Shown in pieces: positions 25,071 to 36,699 of a stretch of DNA of 64,000 nt. Position 1 is the stretch's first letter. Each line of letters begins with the position of its first letter. The DNA lies in assembly GCA_047967505.1 (NCBI GenBank), contig CM106538.1. One strand, written 5' to 3'. Under the pieces are notes generated by a model. That model saw only the letters and a program-made list of their open reading frames with translations. It did no database searches and was not told where the DNA came from. The translations under genes were made by a program, and so were the position numbers. The stretch is from Dipteris shenzhenensis (lineage: Eukaryota).

Positions 25071-27626
25071 AATCTCGGGCCTAACTCGTAGTGTGTGTGT
25101 GTGTGTGAGGTCCGCAATGCAGCCCACCACTATTCTATCCTAAAGGGATTGTATGGCTATCTACACTTCTTTTGTCCTCCAAGGAAAGGGAGATCCAACG
25201 GCTGGGGTGTGAAGGGAGCTGCCATGACAGCCCCTCTGGCTAGATCAAAAAGTCACCAACAAGATCGGTTAGACAATTTTGGATGAGAGATCAAAACTGA
25301 CTTCACGGTGGCGGTGAGTAAGGGGTCCAAAAGAAAGCCTAACCCTCTTCCATGCTAGGGACATAGGAGAATAAGATGTGAAAGAAGAGACATGCGCACG
25401 TAAGATATATTGGTTGAAGCTCTATTTAGACTCTGGGAAGAAACATGAGTGATAATTCTAAAAAGCTACAGTGCGCACCCTTCAATATTCATTGAGGTGG
25501 AGAAGCTCCATTTAAGCTCAAGATCTTGCCACACAGTAAGCTTCAACCATACATCGGCGTCAGGACATTCGCCTCACCCTGGCTAGTTATCCATAATCTC
25601 AAGATGTTCTGCTACTCTTTGTGATCTTCCTCCCTGATGGAAGCTCTAGCAAAGTCTATTGTTACACTTGTAATTGTCGATTCTTCTCCTTAATCACCAA
25701 CACCTTGGTCCTCCCCCCAAACAAGCATCCCATCCTGCTCCTTCCGCACCATGAAAAACCCTCGTGCTCCCTTTCTTCTCCTCACATGAGCACCAAGCCC
25801 TCACTCTGCATATCCCAAGAAGTTTCTCATGCGCTCGCTCATAGATTTGTGTGTTGAATCTTCTAAAACCTCTTTCCATAGGTGCACAATCATGTGAATT
25901 GGTGCCCCAAAAACCTATGCAGCTCCAATCAATCGAACTCTTCCCATGCTGGTCTTCGATTCATCTTTTTACACAACTCTGATCAACCAATCTCTTCCCA
26001 CCGCTCTGATGAACCAATCTCTCAACAAGTTCGAGGATCTGGCAACTCCTCTGGTCCCATGAGTGATCCTATGTCGTGCTCATGAACCACAACAATGCAA
26101 GATGTTACACCTTTAGCGTGGAAGCAAAAGAGGTGCAAAGGGTAGAGAGGAGCTTGGTACAGGTTGGGTCAATCAATAGGCAAAGGACTAGAAGGAGTTG
26201 TAGTGTAGGCAGGACTAGTGGAAGGATGGCCGGTAGAGAGGCAGCACGAACGAGGGAAATTGGAATTTGTGCAACTACTATGACATGGACCATGCATTCA
26301 ATATTCATGTGTCATGGCTCAAGATGTATGTGGGCTAGGCATTGATGGTAGTCCTAGATGCGGAGCAGCCCAACTTTGTAGATGATGCAAAGGCCGTACC
26401 GACAATCGCCAGTGCTTGTTTGTAGTTGCTTGTTTGTAGTGAAGTTCAAACGTCGAGGCTTCCACGTGGTTCATGAGGACTTTTTGGCCCTACAAGGGTT
26501 TGAGGGATGGACATGTTTCATTTTTTGCGAATCAAATCCATCCCACTTCTTTCAGTTCATTTGGTAAATTTGACTAGTTGTTTAAGGCTTTCTAATGTGT
26601 TGTAAGGGTCAAGTTTTGGTCCTCTTGTGAAGATCCTAAATGCTTTTGTCTTTTGTTGGGTATTTCGCTCTCAAGATGGAGGCTCTCTTTGTCTCTTGTA
26701 TGACACCACCTTTATATTACTCTTGCCAAAATAGGCACATCCCCACTTTTATTTAATTGTCTATCACCACACACACACACACACACACACACACAACTAT
26801 TTCACCTCTTTTCTCTCCTCTCTTTCACTCATCTGCCTTTCCCCATGTTCCTTCACCTTCACTTTCTTTTTCTCTTTCCCTTTCCTTCCAATCATTTCCC
26901 TTTTATAAGTTATTGGAAATATTTATCGAGCTACTTTACACTTACACTTATTAATGACCAAAAGTCCGGGCCTTAGTGGATCCCCACCTTGTTTGCATAT
27001 TATCCTCCCTCCTTTTTGCAAGAAGGCTCTTCATCTACCCCAGTTCCAATTCAGAAGAAGGGGATGGCATGGGCATCCACAACCCAAATAGCAATGTACC
27101 CCATGGGTGTAGCAGGTACAGCAACGGCCAAGCATTATAGAAGTCAAAAAATGGTGAGGCAGGTCAAAAAATAAAGAATTGAATTTTTGGTCGTCAAAAT
27201 GCTCATGCACCTAATTTTGGTCGACTTAGCCAACATTTGACGTAGACCAGCTGACAAGGGGTAACGACTAGGCTGACCTAGACTAGTTTCGAGCCTATAA
27301 AAGGCCCCAAACCCCTTATTTGGGATTGGCCTCTACAACAATTCGGCCAAGAGTTAAGTCCTTGGAGAGAGGCAGCTCCAAACTGTAGACGGACACGCAA
27401 TGCCCACAGTACAAGGAAGAGGAAGCAAAGGAGCAGTTTTGCCTCTGCCCATCTTCCTCCTACATAAAGGAGTAGTCCTTCATGAACACTTATACTTTCA
27501 GTCTTTTAATATATAAATACTCTCTTTTGGAGGGGACACAACAAGCAACACGTGTGTTGTGTGTTTCTTTCATTTACAATTCGTGCTTCTGCTCATCCAA
27601 TCAGTAATGTGTGTGTGTGTGTGTGT

Positions 27627-28220
27627 ACTTGGTGGCAATCATGACTCATGAAAATCTGGAAAGCCAAATTGCCATTAAAACAAAGGCTTTTCTTTTGGAG
27701 ATGTATAGTGGGAGCTTTTTCCATTGGGGTGAAATTGGCAGCACGCCGCATTGCTTCCCCTTACTGCCCCCGTTGCTCTCATCACCGCGAGACAGTTCCT
27801 CACCTATTATGGTCTTGCCCACACTCTCGCATATTGATCACTCATGTTTCCCATTTGTTGCGGCTTCGGTTTCCCTCTATCAGATTTGGGAAACTCTTCT
27901 GGATGTTTGGATGCCTCTCATCTCAGATGTCTCCATTCCTCCTCTTCTTTCACTGGACTCGCTTTTGGGTACTATGGACCATTTGGACACAGAGACTGCA
28001 TTCCAGGATGGGTCAACAGTTTCCTCAGGCATATATTTTCTTCAGAATGTCCCTCAAGCAATCCTTATATGATAGTTTTGCTGCAAGGGACTTGGATGCT
28101 ACTAGCCTTGAAGTGTTCTCTCACTGTTTTTGAGTTCTTCCATTGGGCTTTCCTTTGGAGTCTAATGTCATGTACATTGATTTTATGTTAATATAGTAAT
28201 CTGCTTTCACAAAAAAAAAA
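27627..28220 (+). mobile_element. 5'-truncated LINE (zf-RVT end of ORF2, A10 tail) inside a (TG)n tract
   Basis: KIWKAKLPLK..FFWR..CPRC..ETVPHLLWSC..WTIW; poly(A) at 28211-28220; (TG)n on both sides. Confidence 0.85.
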
Positions 28221-28348
28221 GTGTGTGTGTGTGTGTGTGTGAGGATGTATATTTGGCTTATACTGAGATCTTCAGTTGATGTATATTCTAGCGTCTCTTT
28301 TCTGAGGTGACTATTCTTGTAATATAATCAATCAAAGCTTTCACTAAA

Positions 28349-28400
<52 letters not shown>
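28349..28400. repeat. Compound (GT)n(GA)n microsatellite
   Basis: Read directly from the sequence. Confidence 0.95.
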
Positions 28401-28402
<2 letters not shown>

Positions 28403-29970
28403 CCTATCTTCTTGGAAATTCGTTTGATCATCCAAAAAGTAACAGCCTTCGAGACATCCAGACAAATCAAAATAAGAACTTGCATAGGGGGAAAGCAAAG
28501 CTTCTGTTTAGCTCTCTCTCCATACAAAATCCATAGATGTTTAGATCTCGTTCCATACAAAATCCATAGAGAGCATGTTCTAGCACCTAGCCAAAGACTA
28601 AGCATATTCATAACCTGGTCACAACTGAAGTCTAACAACTCGGCTGTCCAATCCTTCTCAGTAGTAGCCACAAATTTCTCATTGGGAGAAAGAGTTATCC
28701 AGATGGATGAGCATGGTGAAGACTATTCCATCAGATCTGCTAAGTAAATGACAAAATCTTCAACACAAGGATGCCTCTCCAGTTCATGATACCCAGCAGA
28801 CGTAGCTCAATGCTTGCTACAAATAATGCGCCACTAACCTGAGCTCCTGCATTCACGTCTTCCCTGCTCACTGCTTCAGACTTTACTCACCACTCCAAGC
28901 ATGCTGCAACTAATGGTCAGGTTAACTTGAGCCGATGCATTCATTGTTCCTTGTTCTCTGCTTCAGACTATACTTTTTTGCCCACGACATGAAAGACAGT
29001 CACCACTCTAGACAAAGTCATGCTCACAACAGTCCATTGCTGCAACAGCTAGTTTGCTGTGCTACTACAAGAGCTTGCCGGTACAGATAATGTTTGCCCC
29101 AAAGATAGTTCATTGACACAGAGATAGGATTAGAAAAACGTGTTTTGCAAAGTTGTGAAAAGAATGCATGCAAACAGGAGCATTGATGCTTGAGAACCAC
29201 TAAGGGAAATGTAACGATGCTAGTAGCCTTCAAGGATCATTTTGACAGTTAGATGCTTTGACTAACAAGAGAGTTTACGCAAATAGGGAGCACAAGAAAG
29301 ACAAAAATAAGACTGAAATGAGAACGTATGCAAACAGGGAGCATTACAGGCTTGAGAACGTCGATGACAATTGTTATCAAACCATTTCAGCAGGCAGATG
29401 ATTTAACTGAGAAGAGAATGTATGCAAACATTGAGCACAAGGAAAACATAAAAATCTGTTTGACTATTGATAGGAAATTTTGACAGTGACTCATTAATTT
29501 GGCCAAAGGGAGTGTTAAAAAGAGGTTTAAAAATATGCATCGTGTGCTTTTAGTCTATGTGTGTGTCTCCTATGGGTACAATACTTTGCACAAGCCTCAA
29601 AATTACTTTTTAAGTTATCATACCCATCAGATATCATTTGCATGGTTGGGAATGCATATTTCCTTTTTTTTTACCACGCATCATGCATGAGCCCTTATAG
29701 AAGCTAATAATTGATACATTGCAAGAAAAAGTCTTTTGGGTAGAGAGAGATTGGGGTTGCGATGAGGAATGGGTGGAACCACTTTACCTACAATTCAGAA
29801 GAGCCTCTTCCATTCATTATTATTTGGACTTTGCTTTACCGTTTTTTTCGAAGGGTTGCGACATTGGCATTTCCCCCTCCTCATTTGACCCAGATTTACG
29901 TAAAGGATTGATGTTGTTGCACCTTCATGCTTATGTATCTGAGATGGTCATCTTTTCTGAGATGTTGTAG

Positions 29971-32827
29971 GTTCATTTCGGGAATTTGTAGCAGACTATG
30001 GGGTGCCTTTGATGGTCCTTTTCTGGACTGCTATATCCTATGCACCTGCTCGTCATGTTCCTCAAGGCATACCTAGACGGCTTTCCAGTCCCAATCCATG
30101 GTCATCCACTGCCACAGGAAATTGGACAGTCACGAGGGTATGTAGAACTTCCATTTATGCATTTGGGTAGACCCAACACACACAAACTTTTTGAATTCAG
30201 TCATGCAAGCAATAGTAATTTAATGCAGTTGCTGCTGTTTACATCATACTTGTTGAGTGTGCATGAATGTGCAATCAGTAATTCAACATAATTCCATTGA
30301 AATAATTTCTTTTACCATTTTTCCATGTGGGAGATGCTTTCAACAAAGGCTTTCAAAATTTCCATCCTTGTATATTCCCCGGTAAAATTCTGACTCAATT
30401 TCTGTTATTAATTGCAATAGGAAATGCTTCAGGTCCCAGTGCTGTTTATTTTTGGTGCTTTTATACCAGCAAGCATGGTGGCTGTCCTTTATTATTTCGA
30501 CCACAGTGTTGCATCACAGCTTGCTCAACAGAAGGAGTTCAACCTGAGAAGGCCTTCAGCTTACCATTATGACTTGCTTCTTTTAGGATTCCTGGTATTC
30601 TTCTCCTGCACAATCTTCTTTGGATCTTTTTGACGTCATAAGATGAGATGGTCTTGTTTGCAGTGAAAAATATATCGGGACTTAATATATGATTGACCAT
30701 GCTGTGTGTGTATCACTGTTTCCCTGCACGTGCACTGCTGAGGGTCTAATTTTGTGATACAAATCTCACAAAACAAAATTTATGGCACAATTGGTTCTGA
30801 GGCGATGTAAGCGGATTTGCCATTCTTTGTAGTTAATATGAGAATGTTTTAGGTCCTGATCTGTGGCATCTTTGGTCTCCCTCCTTCAAATGGAGTTATC
30901 CCTCAATCTCCAATGCACACAAAGAGCTTAGCGACAATAAAACCCCAGGTAATTAAAGCCTTTATTTATAATTTGCTGGTATCATAAATGTTGCTTATAA
31001 AAGGATCAGACCTAGTCTTTCTTTTACGGTAAGAAGCAATCTATTTCGTTCAAAAGCAGACCGTTACAGCAGAGGTGGGAGAGTGGTGTTCACCCTAAGC
31101 CTCTGCAGCAAACCAAAAGATCATGGGGTGGGAGATAAAACCAATCCCAAACCCTCACTACAGATCCGAAACAAAAAAACCCAAACAAAGAACTTCTCTC
31201 AGACCTAGTCTTTGGTCCCAGCAATCCTGGATGGTGGTGTGTTTGCGATTTTGGATGTTTGTTAGTAAGGGATGACCATTTAGCTTAACACATGTCTTTC
31301 AGCTAGTCTGTGACAAGCTGGTGAAACAGAGCAGTAAATACAATCAGCAGCAATCCATATCATCACAACTTAATGATAATATGCAAGAGTCTTACAAGCA
31401 AACAAGGACACCCAATGTCTTGCAGCCTCCCTCTTCTTGGGTAGGTCACCTCATTGTTTTCTAATGCTTCTTTAACCACAACGTGAAAAGAATACTGATT
31501 CCAACTTTCATACAGCTATTAAGAAAGTCGAATAGCAGCAAACTTCAGCCAACAAGTATTGGCAATGTTCATCTTCAGATACAAGAATGTGTTTTTGACC
31601 AAGAAAATGATGTGGATGAATACTTGCCAGTGGAAGTGAACGAACAGCGCCTAAGCAATTTGTTGCAGTCGCTTATGGTGGGTGGGTGCTTAGGTGCAAT
31701 GCCTTTCCTGAAAAGGATCCCCACATCTGTCTTGTGGGGCTTCTTTGCATTCATGGCCATAGATAGTTTGCCTGGCAACCAGTTTTGGGAAAGAATTCTT
31801 TTGCTGTTCACGACAGTCAGTTGCCGACACAAGTAAGTACTCAGCAAAAGATGTTAAAAACTTCAGTCACTCTACTGGTGGTGATATCAGTAATGTTTTT
31901 TATTTTTCACAAAATTTGAATTGGCTTTCAGGGCATTTGAGCAATCACATGCATCATTTTTAGAGGCAGTTCCTTTCAAGACAATTTCCCTTTTCACACT
32001 TCTCCAGCTCTTGTACTTGCTTGCATGTTTCGGTATCACGTGGATCCCTGTGGAAGGGGTTTTATTCCCACTTCTGATTATGCTGCTTGTACCAGCTCGG
32101 CAGTATATTCTGCCCAAATTCTTTAATGGGCAACATCTGCAGCAGTTGGATGCGGCAGAGTACGAAGAGTCACCAGCCATGCCCTATGATCAGGCTGTTA
32201 GGGTATGTAAACCGTATATCTTGGCATTTTGTTCAGGAACTATTAGCCTAGCTGCTGTCACCTGTTCGAGTAGAACTATGACTACTGGCCACATGGAATT
32301 GAACAGGATCTTGCCATCTTTGATATTTAGACTGTTAATTGGGAAAACTGATCTGCAATTACTAGGGCTCTGTACTGTAAAGTATCAGTTAATTGGATCA
32401 GCAGTTATAGGTAGGATTAAATCATGATCATCCTGCACCTGTGAAGAAAACAATCGTCTTAACATTTCATATTTCAGAGATTCCCACAATATCCACAAAC
32501 TGTTACTCAATCAATTTTACGAATAAAATATCTTGCTAAGAATTGTGAGAGATTTGACTAATTTCACTGTTGCATGTCCTTTTTGATAGACATTCATTGT
32601 TCATGCAAGTAAGTAGCTGCACAGTGTAAACTGGAATAGATTGAATTTACATAATTGAGGCCTTCATTTGAATGTAACAGGAGGCAGACACACGTGGATT
32701 TGGAAGGGCAATAGATCTGCATGCTCAGATTGAAAAGGGCGAATTATTCGATAAGATTATGACCAGCAGCCGCGGAGAAATCAAGCATCGACATAGTCCC
32801 TCCCTATTGAGATGTTCTTCTATATAG
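29971..32827 (+). CDS. BOR: Borate exporter (BOR1-like, SLC4/HCO3- transporter family), 3' seven exons; 5' part not found in the window
   Basis: GT-AG exons in consistent phase: 29971-30137, 30421-30594, 30853-30948, 31303-31440, 31516-31832, 31932-32202, 32681-32827 (TAG). Motifs [88 protein letters not shown]. Confidence 0.95.
31021..31198. mobile_element. 178-bp insertion with 15-bp TSD in a BOR intron (probably a non-LTR retroposon, antisense)
   Basis: tcagacctagtcttt at 31006-31020 and 31199-31213. Confidence 0.7.
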
Positions 32828-33112
32828 TCATCAAGTATGTACTTATCTTGATATTTTCTTTCAATGTAAGGACTTTTAATTTAATAATACTTGTATAGTT
32901 TTGGGACGGCTGGGTTTATCCATTGGCTGTTATCATTGGCTGTTATCATTCATGCCTTGATAAATGAGGAGTATGCTTGGCCAAGTAGCCAAGCTCCCTA
33001 CATTGCAGATACTGTCCTTGGAGACCTGCAACCTCCAGTTCTTGACCCTCCACTAAGTGTATCCAGCATAACTTATGATGGGTCAGGACCTCACCTTGAG
33101 CACACCATCTTT

Positions 33113-33580
33113 TGTAAAGAAAAACCGTTAGAGCAAGCTCCATACGGGATACATCATGCAATGCATGAAAAGCTCAAGAGCCAAAAAGAAAGGATTGAGG
33201 CTGATAGTGCCATCTCAATCCGGTAGAAACCTTTGAGAAAAAGGGAGAACCCCTCCAAACTCGAAGAAATGTAGTCCTTCTAGAAGAGGCTGCCCGTGAA
33301 GGGCCCTGCATGCTAGCCCATATGGCTATCAAAGTGTGAACCGTGTCAGTCCAAATACCCGTGAACACCTGTGATGGGTGTATCTGGGTGCCATCCAAGG
33401 CCTCAGTACATCTGGCTCTCCAAATGTGCCAAGAGGAAATGCTAGCCAAAATCTCCCAAGAGGTGTCCACTGAAACATGAGAAGCTCTGAAGGGAGTAAG
33501 TGGTACATCCTGCAGAGAGCAGGGCTCTATCACCTACCGGCGGACCGAGAGTGCCCAAGAAGAAGGCTCACCCTCATAAA
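33113..33580 (-). mobile_element. 3' fragment of a LINE related to 14559-21367
   Basis: WEILASI..WHIWRARCTEAL.G.Q.HPSQ matches ORF 20902-21267; the 3' UTRs share gagcttgctcta. Confidence 0.9.
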
Positions 33581-33849
33581 AAATGTGTGTTGAGTCTTCG
33601 TAATTTTTTATTATGTCTTGAGTCTTCGAATAAGCACAATGTGTTGAGTCTTCGTAAATTTTTATTATGAAACCATGGTACTAGGAATAAAGAAGACAAG
33701 CTATGCACCTAAGTAAATTAAGTTCTTGTCTATCTCAATAATTGTAATCCTGAGTAAGAATAGTCCATGCTACATCCTGCAAGTGGTCACCCTCTTCTCC
33801 TAGGCTCGTCTGCAAAAAAACTACGAGTTTCTGTCATACCTGAATGGCA

Positions 33850-34770
33850 ATGACATGTTGAGGGATGTCTCTAATGGCGTCCATCAGACCTTGCCTGAAA
33901 TTTGGCATGTGCTTCAGCAATCTCACCTTTTCTCTCCCAAACCTACTGATATACCCAACAACATCACTTACAGAATTGTCCCATCTGACTGTAGCAAAGA
34001 AACATCTACTCTTGCCTCTTTCTCATAATACAGCACCCACTGTTGGAAATCATTATGCTTCAAATGATTTAAATTCAACTGAAACGACACACTTCCAGTC
34101 AGCTTGTTATGCTGCCCCTTAACCTGACAAGAAAATAATCAGAGGGGGAAATTCTAATAATGGTTTCACGTCCAAAAGAAGGCTTAACCCACCAACCTCC
34201 ACTAGAAAGATAAATCCTGTCCAACCTGCCTGAATTCATTTTATTTTAGCAGATCAACCTGCCTGATTAGAAACTGCTCAAAGGCCCTTCAGGGAATTAC
34301 TCCTTTGAATCCAGCAGATCAACCTCCAGCTCCACCTTGGCCCATGCTGATTCTTCCTGCGGACCCATGCACTTCTTAGGATGTGAGCTGTTAGCAATCA
34401 AACTGACAATGTTGAAGTCTCCTCCTATAATGACAAAGCTGCCCTGTCTTTTCATCACATAATAGAGCCCTTTCTGTGGAACTGTGGGATGCTTAGACCC
34501 ACACAAGACAATCTACATCACGAAGCTTAACTGTAATCAAAAGAGACCGACAATCCTTGTCTTTGATCCCTTGATTTAATGCCACGTTTCAACAGCATCG
34601 CAACCCCTGCCACTCCCTTAGCAAAGACATTGTACTCTTGCTTTTTCCGTCATCAACCTTCAGCTCTTGTAGAAGAATGAGGGGGTCGCATCCTTATTAA
34701 GCCATCACGGTAAAGGGACTTTTTAGCGGAGTCACAAATGCCTAACATATTCCAAGACACTGTTGTTAAC
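33850..34770 (-). mobile_element. Degenerate LINE endonuclease-region relic
   Basis: TVSWNMLGI and FVIIGGDFN. Confidence 0.65.
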
Positions 34771-35201
34771 TCTTCAGTACCAACCTCCCAGCTGTTCCAG
34801 CCCATAAACAGGGGACCTCTATAGAGACATGTCACTGGATCTCATCTTCATTAAATAAAATAAATAAACTAGACAAAACGTAGAGTTTTCTTGAGCCCTT
34901 TTGAGGCTTATAGGCTCTTGATGTGCCCCTTGCCTCATAGCAAGTATACATGGAGGGCTTTCTAATGTCAAGCATGGACTTGATGATGCTCTCGTATGCT
35001 GATGAGGGACTAAAATGATGGGGAAAGTAGCATGTACGAGGTAGCTTTGATCTTGAGGATGCTCTACATTAACATTGGCTAGAAGCTGCATCAATGTGAG
35101 CGATAGCAACTTTGTAAAGATCCATGGGAATACATCAAAAGTATCCTCAGTGTTTTCTCTTTCACATAATAGATCCCATTTATAGTTATGTATTCTCCCA
35201 A

Positions 35202-35693
35202 TTAGTTTTGCACTAAGGCTATAAATCTAGCATTTGCTAGCTTCTTTTAAGTTTATGTGAAACTTGTGTGGACGTTTTGTATGACTCGAGGGAAGAAGAT
35301 TGAGAATTGCCAAAAAACAAAAAAGGTTTTGAAGGGCAAAAAGGAAGAAGATGCATTTTCCCTCTAGAAAGGAATAATACAGCTCAAAGAAATGAAGATT
35401 TAGGGATCCTAATTTCTCCATTAAAGCTTCATATATGCTTGCAAAAAATTTAGTTTTGCACTAAGGCTATAAATCTAGCATTTGCTAGCTTCTTTTAAGT
35501 TTATGTGAAACTTGTGTGGACGTTCTGTATGACTGGGGGGAAGAAGATTGAGAATTGCCAAAAAACAAAAAAGGTTTTGAAGGGCAAAAAGGAAGAAGAT
35601 GCATTTTCCTGTAGAAAGGAATAATACAGCTCAAAGAAATGAAGATTTAGGGATCCTAATTTCTCCATTAAAGCTTCATATATGCTTGCAAAA
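35202..35693. repeat. Near-identical tandem duplication, period about 248 bp
   Basis: 35202-35446 repeats at 35450-35693. Confidence 0.92.
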
Positions 35694-36699
35694 TACTTAA
35701 AGACATTAACTGTAAGTATTGGGTGTAGATCATTCAAAGTCATTTCCTTGAACCTCACTCATGTAAAAAACCCTAGTACATGTTCAAACAAGTATGCCTT
35801 GAAACTACCCAATTTTTAACATACTTGTACATAATTTTTAATCCCTTCTTTGTTCTTATGCATGTTTGGATTTGCATGTAGCAGTTCCCTCTATAAATTC
35901 TCATGGATTCAGTACATTGGGTAAGTATTCTTTTGATAAATTCATTTTCTTATACCAACTATTATTCCACCAATTTGTGGGTCCCACGCACCCAAGGCCT
36001 CTAGCAATGCGAAAACTTTGTTACTAAACATGGATTCAGGGATTGAAGACCATATCACCCACATACATATATGGATTATCAGATTGTAAATGGGATGCCA
36101 CATAGGCTACCCACCACCAAATGGAAACATGTGCCTAAACCTGGTCCATTTTCCTTCCTTTCTTCCTTCTTTATATCGTATTTCAGCATGATTTAAGGAC
36201 CACACAATACTAGAATATTTCAACTCCGGCGGAGGCCTATGCTTCAATGTCACCTTTCGCCAAAGCGCAGTCCCTCCCCTCCCCTCCTCCTGCTCCTCCT
36301 CAAACCCTCTATTTGTTTTGTTTTTCACCCGAGAAAAAAATGCAGGGGGGGGGGACTCAGAATCCAAGTTTGTTATTCCCCCATAAATCCAAGTTCATTG
36401 TTTCCCCACCCTCGTGTAAATACCAGGAAGGGCTTGTTATGATTAATCTTATGAGTGTTTGGTCAAGGGAAATGTTGTCTACAGTCTCTAAAATTTTATT
36501 GCTCACACTCAAAGTGAAAGTGAGATATAAACGAGCTCCACATTATTATATATGAACAGAACAGAGTATTGCTTGCAATAGTAATGTGCTATAAGGAGAA
36601 AAATAGTAAAACTCTCACAATCAATTGCTAGGATTGAATATTTCATAATGTAAAAATCTTTTTGAGTTTTCCAAATGTTGAACTATGGTTTAGGGTAAG

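Noticed and set aside
25300-27540. Possible gag/LTR relic
   Set aside because: Too degenerate; no diagnostic motif could be confirmed
28400-29950. Candidate upstream BOR exons or a separate minus-strand gene
   Set aside because: No BOR motifs in the frames read; the exon-like pieces contain stops and match nothing I recognise
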